Below, piece after piece: positions 1 through 37,492 of a stretch of 64,000 nucleotides of DNA. This DNA is from the human T2T-CHM13v2.0 reference genome, Homo sapiens. Within the stretch, counting starts at the first letter, position 1. Each line of letters begins with the position of its first letter. The stretch lies in assembly GCF_009914755.1 (NCBI RefSeq), contig NC_060943.1; one strand, written 5' to 3'. Below the pieces are notes generated by a model. It did no database searches. It worked only from the letters and a program-made list of their open reading frames with translations, and was not told where the DNA came from. Made by a program: the position numbers and the translations under genes.

Positions 1-344
1 TCTATGGAAGATTGACTGTCATGTAGACACAGCATGCAAGGATGCCAGGGAGAGGAGGTCTGAGTTTGGTGGAGAAAATGGGGCAGATTTGGGAGAAACT
101 GAGTAATAATAGGCAGGAGCAGATGTTTTATAAGACAGAGAGAGGAGATGCCCATGATGGCCAAGCTGTGCCCTGGGGACCTGGGGCAGGAGGCAGCTCA
201 CAGAGAGTGGGAGGCAGAGAGTGAAGTGCGCTTGCAGGACACCCCTTTCTGCATGGAATGTGGTCCTGGGATTCTGGCTGGAAGGTGCTCCCAGGCTTTC
301 ATGTGGGTAAGGAGCTGCTTCCTCTCTCTGGACTGGCCCTGCAG

Positions 345-6605
<6,261 letters not shown>

Positions 6606-6677
6606 GGCCTGCAGTGACCCACCCACCTACCTTTGCATCACCTACCTTTGCACCAATTACCTTTTCAGATTTCCGGT

Positions 6678-6683
6678 AATAAA
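6678..6683 (+). terminator. CYP4F8 polyadenylation signal AATAAA
   Basis: AATAAA ~73 nt after the stop codon, followed by GT-containing sequence. Confidence 0.8.
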
Positions 6684-6716
6684 TCTGTGTTGGCCCCTGT
6701 GCCTGAGTCCCACGGA

Positions 6717-6735
6717 TGGCCAGTAGGGGGCGCTG
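6717..6735 (+). promoter_or_regulatory. CTCF motif
   Basis: TGGCCAGTAGGGGGCGCTG closely matches the CTCF consensus TGGCCAS(C/T)AGRGGGCRCT. Confidence 0.7.
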
Positions 6736-7131
6736 GAGGACTGCGGGGATCTAGGGCCTGGCTGGGAAGAGGCGGGGAGATGTCTCTGTGCCCAAGATAC
6801 TCACTGCCTCTCTGGGTGAGCACAGGAGCCCCGTGCTGAGGGTGGGATCTCCCAGAGTCTAAGTAAAGACTTTTTCCCCCCAAAAATAATTGTGTATTCT
6901 GATATAAATTTTTGCCAATTTAGAATCCCTGTTTTTTAGCTAGGTGCATAGCAGCCTGAAATACAGATCACATTTGAAAGCCTTTCTTGAAGCTCAATTG
7001 GTTAAGTGACTGTGGCTGTCCCATGTGTAGAAGCCAAAGATTATGTGGTAATTCTGGTAACCTTTCTTAAGAGAAAGCTGCTACAGTCTGTCTGCTCAGT
7101 CCTCCCCTCTTCCTTCCTGCTGCTTGGAAGA

Positions 7132-7397
7132 TTTTTTTTTTTTTGAGACAGGGTGTCTCTCGTCACCCAGGCCGGAGTGCAGTGGCTCACTGCAACCTCC
7201 ACCTCCTGGGTTCAAGTGATTCTCCTGACTCAGTCGCCTGAGTAGATAGGATAACAGGCGCCTACCACCACACCCGGCTAATTGTATTTTTAGTACAGAT
7301 GGGGTTTTGCTATGTTGGCCAGGCTGGTCTCAAACTCCTGGCCTCAAGTGATCAGCCCACCTCAGCCTCCCAAAGTGCCAGAATTGCAGGTGTGAGA
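7132..7397 (-). mobile_element. Alu SINE
   Basis: Poly(T) followed by antisense Alu body. Confidence 0.9.
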
Positions 7398-7409
7398 ACA
7401 AAAATTCTT

Positions 7410-8107
7410 GAGTTTCAATGTTTATTTTAGAATCAGGTGCTAACATGCAAATTTATTACAAAGGTATATTGCATCATGCTGAGGTTTGGAGTATGAATGA
7501 CTCCATCACCCATGTAGTGAGCATAGTATCTAATAGGCAGTTTTTCAGCTTTTCCCCCTCCCTGCTTCCCCTGTCTAGTAGTCCCCAGGATCTGTTGTTC
7601 CCATCTTTATTACCATGTGTATCCAATGCATACCTCCCACTTATAAGTGAGAACATGCAATATTTTGTTTTCTGTTCCTGCATTAGTTTGCTTAGGATAA
7701 TGGTCCCCAGCTGCATCTATGTTGCTGCAAACGACATGATTTTGTACTTTTTAATGACTGCATAGTATTTCATGGTGTATTTCTACACATTTTCTTTATC
7801 CACTCCACCATTGATGGGCGCCTGTGTAGATTCAGCATCTTCGCTATTGTGATTAGAGCTGCGATAAACATGTGGATGCTTGTGTCTTTTTGGCAGAATG
7901 ATTTATTTTCTTTTGGGTGTATACCCAGTCGTGGGATTGCTAGGTCAAATGGTAGCTCAACTCTCAGTTCTTTGAGAAATATCCTAACTGCTCTCCACAC
8001 TCCATTAGTTTAGTGGCTGAACTAATTTATATTTCCACCAACAGTGTATAAATGTTCCTTTTTTTCCATAGCCTTGGCAACATCTGCTATTTTTTGACTT
8101 TTTAACA
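7410..8107 (-). mobile_element. L1 3' end fragment
   Basis: Typical antisense L1 3' text (ttataagtgagaacatgc..., catagtatttcatggtgtat..., atacccagt...gggattgct). Confidence 0.85.
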
Positions 8108-8229
8108 AATTGCTTGCAAGATTGATGTGGCCTCTGGAGCTCCATCTTGGCTCATGAGGACAGGGACTGCTATTTAGGGCAGATGGGGCAGATGGCTAGA
8201 AGCAGTCAGGGTCTATGACCCTAGATCCA

Positions 8230-8583
8230 TGCTGTGACCTGAATGTTTATGTAGCCCCCAAATCCATACATTGAAGCCTAGTCTGCATATGGTGGTATTA
8301 AGAGGGGAGGCCTTTGGGAGGTGATTAAGTTGTGAGGGCTCTGCCTTCGTAAGTGAGATTACCCCTTATAACAGAGACCTGAGGGAGCTTGTTTGCCCCT
8401 TCCACCATGTAAAGACACATGCAAGGTGCCATCTATGAGGAACAGGCCCTTAGTTGACACTGAACCTGCAGGCACCTTGATCTTGGACTTCCCAGCCTCC
8501 AAAATTGTAAGCAATAAATACCTGTTGTTTATAAACTACCTAGTGTAAGTTATGTTGTCATAGCAGCCTGAATGGGCTAAGAT
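8230..8583 (+). mobile_element. MaLR LTR (MLT1/MST type)
   Basis: tgctgtgacctgaatgttt... cttggacttcccagcctccaaaattgtaagcaataaata ... atagcagcctgaatgggctaagata. Confidence 0.8.
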
Positions 8584-9123
8584 AATCCATATCCCCTTGG
8601 AATTGTACTAAACATCACCTTGAAGTTGTATTATAAATGTCAGAATCCCAGTCTGCTATTCACTAGCTGATTGGCTTGGGGAAAACTTGTTTATCTCTGT
8701 AGCCCTGGTTTTGTTTACCACTTAATAGTATTCACCTCATTGGGCTGCTGGAAGACTGAACAAGCCAGTATCTACAACATCCCTGAGCCACATCTGTTGG
8801 GTATTAGTGGTCCATGAGGGTTAATTGCCTCTCTCTCTCTTCTTTTTGCATCACATTTGAAGTTTTGACATTTTAAAAAATCGCAAGAGGTTGCTTCAAG
8901 CTTTGGGATGCATGGCAACCTTCTCTTGAGGAAAATTCATTCGAATATTTTGTGTGCTCAAAATATCCGTTATTACATCCGAGAATCTACAGTGGACTTT
9001 GGTGAAAGGTTGGCCCAAAGCTTAGAACGGAAAAAATTAATTTTTCCAGAGAGGCACGACTCAGAATTTATTCCTGTCTAAAAAGTTCAGGTCATGAAGG
9101 TTTTCAAGTGAGAGGAAGGTAGA

Positions 9124-9270
9124 GGGTGTGGGCTGGGCGGGGGGCGGGGAGGGGGGGGGGGGCGCCCGCCCCTTTCAGCACCAGGGACAGCGGCTGCACC
9201 GGGACTTTCCCCTGTCTGACTGTAGGGGGCTCCTGCGGGGCGCAGAGTCCAAGGACTGAGCGCTTTTCAG
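9124..9270. promoter_or_regulatory. GC/CpG-rich intergenic element (G-run/GC boxes, NF-kB site GGGACTTTCC at 9201-9210)
   Basis: Local CpG cluster in AT-rich surroundings; motif matches only. Confidence 0.45.
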
Positions 9271-9619
9271 GGGCCCATAGATTGGGAACCTGGAAGGATT
9301 ATTGGCTGCAAAATAAGAATGGAACATTGCAAAACGAAATAAATAACTATTTAATATATTCTATGCTGAAAGTCAATTTGTTTTTCTTCCCTTTAAAGTT
9401 TAAGTTTCATAAATAATGCATGCTTATAGAAGAAATTGCAAGAAATAAAAATCATCCATAATTTCAAAATGTCAAAATAATCACTGTTTATATTTTCTTG
9501 CATATGCTTCCAGTTTTTAATTCATATGTGATCTTTTTACATATGAAAATGTTTATTTACATCTATATAGCTGTGTCATATCACATTTGCATGTAATTTT
9601 GTTTACAAATGCTATTTTC

Positions 9620-10750
9620 CTGCCAAATGAGCACGTGAAAAGATGCTAAACATTATTCCCATTATGCAAACCAAAAGCACAACGTGATGTCACCTCAACA
9701 CCTACAGGATGGCTAGCATCTAAAAAAGGGAATATAACAAATGTTGGAGAGGATGTGGAGTAATCGAAGCCCTCATCCATTCCTGGTGTGACTGTAAAAA
9801 TGGTGCAGCTGCTGTGGAAAACAGTCTGGAGATTCTGAAAAAGTAAAACATAGAATTACTATATGACGCAATTCCACGATATCATATTAAGCTCCTAGCT
9901 ATATACTCAAAAGAATAGAAAACAGTTGTTCAAACAAAAAAGCTTGTACATTCGTGCTTATAGCAGCCCTATTCACAATTGCCAAAAGGTAGAAAGAACT
10001 CAAATATCCATTAACAGATGGATGGATAAAGAAAATGTGATCTATTCGTATAATGAAATATTACTCAGCCACTAAAAGGAATGAAGTACCACTAAAAGGA
10101 ATGAAGTACTGATACATACTACCACCTGGATGAACCTTGAATACATTATAGTATGTGAAAGAAGTCAGACACAAAAGGTCACATAGTGTATGATTTATTT
10201 ATAAGAAATGTCCATCTGGGTGTGGTGGCTCATGCCTGTAATCCCAGCACTTTGGGAGGCCCAGGCAGGCAGATCACTTGAGGTCAGGAGTTCAAGAGCA
10301 GCCTGGCCAACAGGGTGAAACCCCGTCGCTACTAAAAATACAAGAAAAATTAGCTGGGCGTCATGGGATATGCCTGTAATCCAAGTTACTTGGGAGGCTG
10401 AGGCAGGAGAATCACTTGAACCCAGGAAGCGGAGGTTGTGGTGAGCTGAGATCATGCCATCACGCCACTGCACTCCAGTCTGGGCAACAGAGTGAGACTC
10501 TGTCTCAAAAAAAAAAATGTCCAGAATAGGCAAATCTATAGAGACAGAAAGGAGATTGGTGGTGTCAGGAGCTGTGGGGAAGTGGGAAGAGGAAGTGCTA
10601 ATGGGGTCAGGATTTCCTGCTGGGTGGTGAAGATGTTCTGGACCTAGATAGTGGTGAAGTTTCCACAACACTGTGCATATACCAAATGCTACTAAATTGT
10701 ACCCTTTAAAATGGTGAATTTTATGTTTTGTGAATTTTACCCAAACAAAA
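9620..10750 (+). mobile_element. Old L1 (L1M) 3' region, interrupted by an Alu
   Basis: tggtgcagctgctgtggaaaacag..., ggatgaaccttgaatacattat..., aggcaaatctatagagacagaaag. Confidence 0.8.
10215..10517 (+). mobile_element. Alu SINE inserted in L1
   Basis: Alu body with target-site duplication aaatgtcca. Confidence 0.93.
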
Positions 10751-11503
10751 AATGCTATTTTATCTCAAATTTTTGTTAATTTGGGCTACTCACACGATAT
10801 GCTGTTAACATCTTTCCATGACATCAAATCATTTTATGAAACATTATTTTGTGGTTTTAACAAATATTTGGGTTATGTATTCAAACCACTCTATTTCTTA
10901 AAAATGGCGTGATGTTACAAAATGATATAAAAGTGCTTTGTCTCACGTTGCAAGAATTGTCTTCATACAAGTTGACAGTTTGAGGTATCATTGGTTACAA
11001 ATTGAGTAACTTCATCAAATAACTTTTGGGGTAAAGATTTCATTTTCAAAGCAATAGATAACAACTATTTTTTGTCTTTCTACTCAATATATGGGTAGTT
11101 TACATACTGCAGTTACAGTGTTATAGTATTGTGTTTGTCTATGTACTTACAGTGAGTTTTGTACCTTCAGATGATTTCTTATTGCTCATTAACATCCTCT
11201 TCTTTCAGTGAGGAACTCCCTTTAGCATTTCTTTTAAGACAGGTCTGCAGATCCCTTAGGTTTTGTGTATCTGGGAAAATCTTTATTTCTCCTTCATGTT
11301 TGAAGAATATTTTTGCTGGATATACTATTCTAGGATAAAAGTTCTTCCCTTCAGCACTTTAAATATGTCATGCCACTCTCTCAGCATATGAGGTTTCCAC
11401 TGAGAAGTCTTCTGCCAGACATATTGGAGCTCCTTTGTATGTTATTTGTTTCTTTTCTCCTGTTGCTTTTAGGATCCTTTATCCTTGGCCTTTGGGAGTT
11501 TAA

Positions 11504-11802
<299 letters not shown>

Positions 11803-13988
11803 TAACTATTAAATGTTTTGAGTTAGTCTTATTTGGATTAAATCTGCCTGCTTTTCTGTAACCTTCTTGTACTTGAATGTTGATATCTTTCTCTAGGTTT
11901 GGGAAGTTCTGTTATTATCCTGATCTCTCTCCACCTCCTCTTTAAGGCCAAGAATTGTTAAATTTGCCCTTTTGAGGCTATTTTCTAGATCCTGTAGGCA
12001 TACTTCATTTTAAAATTCTTCTTTCTTTTATCTTCTCTAACTGTGAATTTTCAAATAGTCTGTCTTCAAGATCACTAATTCTTTGTTTTGATTGATCAGT
12101 TCCGCTGTTGAGGGACTCTGATGCGTTCTTCAGTATGTCAAATGGATTTTTCAGCTCCAGGATTTCTTTGGTTCTTTTAAATTATTTCAATCTTGGTTCT
12201 TCTTAATTATTTCGATCTCTTTGTTAAATTTACCTGATAGGATTCTGAATTCCTTCTTTGTGTTGTCTTGAATTTTACTGAGCATTCTCAAAACAGCTAT
12301 TTTGAATTATCTGCCTGAAAGGTCACATATCTTTGTCACTCTGGAATTGATCACTGGTGTTGTATTTAGCTCATGTGGTGAAGTCATGTTTTCCTGGATG
12401 GTCTTGATGCTTGTGAATGTTTGTTGATGTCTGGGCATTGAAGAGTTAGGCATTTACTGTAGTCTTTGTGGTCTGGGCTTGTTCGTACCTGTCCTTCTTG
12501 GGAAAGCTTTCCAAATATTCAAAGGGAATTGAGTGCAGTAATCTAAGTCTTTGGTCACCACAGCTGTATCTACACAGGGAGCACCTCAATCCCAGTAATG
12601 CTGGGACTCTTGCAGATTAGTAGAAGTACTGCCTTGGTTGTCTTGGGTAAGATCTGGGAAAATTCCCTGGATTCCCAGGCAGAGACTCTTCTCTTCCCTT
12701 ACTTTCCCCCAAACAAATGTGTCTCTCTCTCGATCTGTGCTGATCTGTCTGGAGCTAGGGGAGGGTTGACACAAACACCCCTGTGGCATCTACCACTGGG
12801 ACTGTGCTGAGTCAGACCTGAGGCCACCACAGCACTGGGTCTTGCCCAAGGCACACAGTGACCACTGCTTGGCTACCACCTGTGTTGACTCAAGGCCCAA
12901 GGGCTGCATAATCAGCATGTGGTAAATCTAGCCAGGCCTTGTGACCTTCCCTTCAGTGCAGTGAGTTCCCCACATATCTGGTGGGTCCAGAGATACTGTC
13001 CAGGAGCTGTGGCCTGGAATCAGGGACTCCAGGTGCTCCATCCCACTGTGGCTAAGCTGGTACCCAAGCTGCAAGACAAGGTCCCCTTTACTCTTACCTC
13101 TCCTTTCCTCAAGCAGAAGGAGCTTCTCCCCGTGGCCACTACGGCTGGGAATGTGCTGGGTCACACCTGAAGCCCGTATGGCACTGAGTCTCACCCAAGG
13201 CCTGCAACAAGTACAACCCAGCTACCACTGATGATTATTCAGGGCCTATGTCCTCTTTAATCCGCAGGTGGTAAATCCTGCCAGGACTGGGTCCTTCCCT
13301 TCAAGGCAGCATGTTTCCTTTGTCCAAGAGTGTGTTTAGAAATGTTGTCTGGGAGCTAGAGCGTGGAATGGGAGCCTCAGGATGCTGTCTGGTGCCCTAT
13401 TCTTCTGTGGCTGAGCTGGTATCCAAGCTGCCTCTCCTCAAGCAGAAGGAAGAAGTCTCTCCTGGAGCAGCAAGCTGTGCTGCCTGGAGTTGTGGGAGGG
13501 ATGATGCTTGCCAAGACTCCCTTGGCTGCCCTGGCTGGTGCCTCACTAGGTTGTGTGCACCCCAAGTTCTCTGGCTCTGAGCCCAGCGCAGCACCAGGAC
13601 TTGCTCCAGAATTGCAGTCCTTGTAGCTGGATTTACCACATACTGATTGTAGAGCCCTTGGGCCTTTAACAAACATAGGTGGTAGCCTTTCAAGTTTATT
13701 TAGGACCCTGGAGCACTTTAGCCTGCAATGGTGGTACTAGCTGGAACTCAGGTTCTGACCACTGGGATGGACAATTCCCTTCTGACTAGGGCTGGCCTAA
13801 ATGCTTCCTCTGTCGGCACTGGCTAAATTCTACCCCATGTTGCTTTCTGCTGTGACAGGGCAGCACTGAGTTTCAATGCAAAGTCCCATGATCACTGTGC
13901 TCTCTCCCCTCCACTCAAGCACCCAGATTCTCTCTCCAGCCATGAGGCCACTTCTGGGAGATGGAGAAGTGTTAGTGTAGGCAATTTA

Positions 13989-14360
<372 letters not shown>

Positions 14361-15460
14361 TTAAATTTTTAATTTTTGTGGGTACATACTAGGTATATAT
14401 GTTTATGAGGTACATGAGATATTTTGATACAGGCATGCAATGCACAGTAATCAAATCATGGAGAATAGATTATCCATCCCCTCAAGCATTTATCCTTTGT
14501 GTTACAAACAATCCAGTTACATTCTTTTCATTATTTTAAAATGTACGATTAAGTTATTATTGACTATAGTCACCCTGTTGTACTATCAAATAGTAGGTCT
14601 TATTATAGGTCTAATTAATTCTTTCTATCTTTATTTGTACCCATTAACCATCCCTAACTTCCCCTCACTCCTCCACTCCCCTTCCCAGCCTCTGGTAACC
14701 ATCCTTCTACTCTCTATCTCCATGAGTTCAAAGTACCTCTTTTTTTGATATGATGTTAAAACCAGATACCATGATCACTCACCTAATTTTTGGTTCTTAT
14801 GAAGGTATTTTCTTGTGTGGATATTTGTTGTATTTGGCGTTCCTGTGGAGGAGACGATCAATGACGCATTTTATTCTGCCATCTTGCTCTACCTCCTCCT
14901 TTTTGTGATTCAGATGAGACTCCTTGACAGCTGGTGGCTAAATTTTCAAATGCAATATTTTTGGCAGAAAATATATTCACTCATGTAAAAAATAAAATGC
15001 ACAGTGAAAAATGTTTCTTGTACCTATGCCCTTCATTTATCCAGTCTCGCCGTCTTTACAAAGGTAAACACTTTTACTTTTTCTGTATCCTTTCATAGTA
15101 TATTTAGGCAAATAATACATGTAATTAATCTTCTTTGGTCAGGATGATGAATTGCCCCCCCCCCACGATGGTCAGTTCACCTCCCTGGGGCACAACTGTA
15201 AAACCCTCACAGCTCTTGCTGTATTCAGGGTCAACTCCACCAGCCATTTCATCCACCATATGACTCCTACAGATGAGATACGTAAGGTGCAGACAGGTTG
15301 AGAGATTTGCCCAAGGTCACACAGCCAGGAAATAGCAGAACTGTATCCAAACCTAGGCCTGGTGAACATCCACAATACCGCATGCCTCCTGCATGGTCTC
15401 AAACTCCTTCTCCTTGTCCTTGCCTGTGGACAGCCCCACTCATCTTAAAATTACATTTAC

Positions 15461-15786
15461 GGCCAGGCACAGTGGCTCATGCCTATAATCCAAGCACTTT
15501 GGGAGTCCGAGGCAGGACGATAACCTGAGGTTGGGAGTTGGAGACCAGCCTGACCAAAATGGAGAAACCTCGTCTCTACTAAAAATACAAAATTATCCGG
15601 GCATGGTGCTGCATGCCTATAATGCCAGTTGCTTGGGAGGCTGAGGCAGGAGAATCGGAGGCGGAAGTTGCTGTGAGCCAAGATAGGGCCATTGCACTCC
15701 AGCCTGGGCAACAAGAGTGAGACTCCGTCTCAAAAAAAAAAAAAAAAAAAAAAACAAAACCAAAAAAAAGCAAAAAACCAAAAAAA
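15461..15786 (+). mobile_element. Alu SINE
   Basis: Alu with short right-arm deletion; target-site duplication acatttac. Confidence 0.93.
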
Positions 15787-15806
15787 CATTTACTCAGTAG
15801 GCACTC

Positions 15807-16101
<295 letters not shown>

Positions 16102-16329
16102 CCAGTAGGCACTCTTTAAGAGCAGGTGTCACACAGTAGAAACTCTATGTAGACCATATGTAGACCATGAGTCACAGAGTGGGCACACTATGAAGAGCAG
16201 GTGGCAGCAGTAGGCACTCTTTATGTAGAGCAGGCAGCAGTGAGTAGGCACTCTTTATCAGGAGCAGATGATACTCAGTAAACACTCTTTATATAGAGCA
16301 GGTGGCATCTGTAGGCACTCTTTATCTAG

Positions 16330-16655
<326 letters not shown>

Positions 16656-18166
16656 CAGTAGGCACTCTTTATGTATTGCAGGTGGTACTGAGTAGGCACT
16701 TTTTATGTAGCGCAGGCAAGAGTAGGAACTCTTCATGTAGAGCAAGCAGCACTCAGTAGGCACCCTTTATGTACAGAAGGCAGCCCACAGTAGGTACACT
16801 TTATGGAGCACAGGCAACACTCGAGCAGGCAGCACTCAATAGACCCTCTTTATGTAGATCAGGAAACACTCAGTAGGAAGTCACCATATAGAGCAGGTGG
16901 TATCAGTAGGCACTGTTTATGTAGAGCACTTGGCACTCAGTAGGCATGTGTTATGTAGACAGCAACTGGTGCTCAGTGGGCACTCTTCATATACAGGGGG
17001 TGGCACTCAATAGGCACTCACTATGTAGAGCAGGTGGCACACAGTAGGCACTCTATGAGGAATATCAGGAACTGAGTATACAGGGTTAATGTAGAGCACC
17101 TGGCACACAGTAGGCACACTTTATGGAAAGCACTTGGCACAGAGTAGACAGGATTTAGCACCTGGCACACAGTAGCTGCCCTTCATTTAGAGTATTGGCA
17201 CACAGTAGAAGTACTTTCCATGCAGCCTTTGTGCAGAGTAGAGACTGGCACACAGCAGCTCAAGTGCTAGTTGCCACCCTTTCCCTTCACTCCTTTTTGG
17301 GGCTCCCTCCTCTTAGGAGCCCTCATTGTCCCCCGCTAAGGCCCTCATCGGACATCCCATTTCCCAGATGGGAAGACTGCACCCAGGAGGGGCAGTACTG
17401 ACCAAAGTCAGAGCAAGGATGAGGCAGAATGAGGACTCCATTCATGGTTCCCTGGCTCTGCCCTTCCCCTGCCTGGACCCCATCCGTTCCCTCTCATCCT
17501 AACCCTCCACGTCCCCGCTCTGTCCTCCTATACTGAGTCCGGCCTCCAGATTTGCTTTTCCAGCTGAGCTCTTAATCTCCAGAATCTGACCCAGGTAATC
17601 CTCAGTGGGGCTGGATTCTTTGTTCCCGTTCCTAGCAGTCAGGTCTCCAACAGGGCCCTGGACTGCCTGGAGGCAAGACTTGAACTCCATCCAGCAGCAG
17701 GGGGATAGAGGCTTGTCTCTTCCAGGTTGCCTGATTCAGCATCCAGAAGTGGTACACGGTGTCCTACCGGCCCAGGGTTAGAGAGGAGCACAGGAGATGA
17801 TCTGGAACAAGGCTTGGCCTGGCCTGGCTCGCTTGACACCTGAACTCTCAAGTTCATGCTTTTATCTGCCACACACTCAGTAGGTGCTCTTTAAGAGCAG
17901 GTGTCACACAGTGGAAACTCTATCTGACCCCTCTCGGCTTACTCTCCACCTTATGTGGGAGGTGCTGAGACCTGAGGATCCAGTGCCTGTGCTGTGTCAC
18001 CCTGAGCTGGTTCCTCTGCATCCAGCTGGTCTCCCACACCCAGGTTTTGGCCAGCTGCCCAGACATGGGAGCGGCACCCAGGCTGTGGGGATTGGCTGGC
18101 CCAGCCCAGCCCAGCCTAGCCTCCCACAGCCTTCCCTACATCAGGGGCCAGGGGAAAAAACCTCCC

Positions 18167-18215
18167 AGAAGAAGGGGAGAGGAGGTTGTGTGGGACAAGG
18201 TGCTCCTGACAGAAG
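18167..18215 (+). other. CYP4F3: CYP4F3 non-coding exon 1 (start approximate)
   Basis: agaagaaggggagaggaggttgtgtgggacaaggtgctcctgacagaag|gtgcca; conserved with CYP4F12 50487-50534; matches my recollection of the mRNA 5' end. Confidence 0.75.
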
Positions 18216-18685
18216 GTGCCAGGGTGGGGGTGGTGGGCCTGGGGCATCCTAGCCTGTGATGGAGATGGGCACTGGGCAAGGGATTGGGCGCACACATAGG
18301 GGAGCCCCAGCCTTCCCACATTCTCCATTGCTGCCCAAGGCCCAGGCAGCTCCTGGTTGCTGGCTTGGAGGATGAGTGGTTTTCTAACTGAAACCAAGCC
18401 CCTGGCAACGTCCTAATGATTCAGGCTGGGCCTTTCTGGACTTTAATCAGTTTCTCTGTCTTTCTCAATCTAAGTGCTTACCGGGTAACTGGAGGCCACT
18501 TGGTTGCTGGTTTTGGCTGGGCCTTTCTGGACTTTACCCCTCAGCCCCTGTTTATCCATCCCTGTTTACTCTTACTGTTCTATCTCCAGCACTGCCCGTC
18601 TCTGCCTCTCTCCACTGTCCCTGGAGCTCCCTGGGCCCTTCCCTGGGCCTCAGGACCTCACTCACCACCCCATCTGCCCTGCAGG

Positions 18686-36769
<18,084 letters not shown>

Positions 36770-36829
36770 GTTCTGCAGAGACCCACTCTGACCCCACTAA
36801 AATGACCCCTGATTCATCAAAAGTGAGGC

Positions 36830-37410
36830 CTAGAATTACCCTAAGACCCTGTTCCACAGTCCTGTATTCCATCCTAGATATCTACTCAAAATAATTGAGA
36901 CAAGTGTTCAAACAGAAAGACGCTTGTGCGTGAATGTTCATGGCAGCCCTATTCACAGTAGCCAAACGATGAAAACAACCCCAAGCTATATATTACCAGA
37001 TGAAAGGATAAACAAAATATGGTCCATCCATACAATGGAGTATTACACAGCCATAAAAAGGAATGAAGCAGTGATCCCCACTACACTGTGGATGAACCTT
37101 GAATGCATGATACTGAATGAAAGACATCAGATGCAAAAGGTCACATAGTGTACTGTCCTTTTATATGAAATTTCCAGAACAGGCCAATCTGAAGAGATGT
37201 ATAGTGGATTGGTGGCTTTCAGCAGCTGTGGGGAGGTGGGACTGAGGAGCGACTGCTAATCAGGATGGGGTTTCCTCCTGGGATGGTGAAAATGTTCCGG
37301 ACCTAGATAGTGATGAAGGTAGCACGACACTGTGAGTGCACTAAATGCTATTGAATTGGACACTTTAGAATGGTTGAAATAGTGATTTTTATGTGAATTC
37401 TACCTAAACA
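36830..37410 (+). mobile_element. Old L1 3' fragment in the CYP4F3 3'UTR
   Basis: catacaatggagtattacacagccataaaaaggaatgaag...; homologous to 9850-10750. Confidence 0.8.
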
Positions 37411-37486
37411 TGCTATTACAGCTCATATATACTTTTTCCATCTGGATTCTTCACAAAAGAATATGTTGTGAGCATCTTTCCATGAT

Positions 37487-37492
37487 ATTAAA
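37487..37492 (+). terminator. Candidate proximal poly(A) signal ATTAAA of CYP4F3
   Basis: First A(A/T)TAAA I found after the stop, followed by U/GU-rich ttttgtgttct; would give a ~2.35-kb mRNA. Confidence 0.5.

Noticed and set aside
10069-10108. 20-bp tandem duplication ccactaaaaggaatgaagta in an L1
   Set aside because: Ordinary slippage event inside a dead repeat with no functional context
18416-18685. In-frame upstream ATG giving a 90-aa N-terminal extension of CYP4F3
   Set aside because: Lies in intron 1; a strong acceptor precedes the real ATG, the ATG is not conserved in CYP4F12, and an extension would displace the membrane anchor
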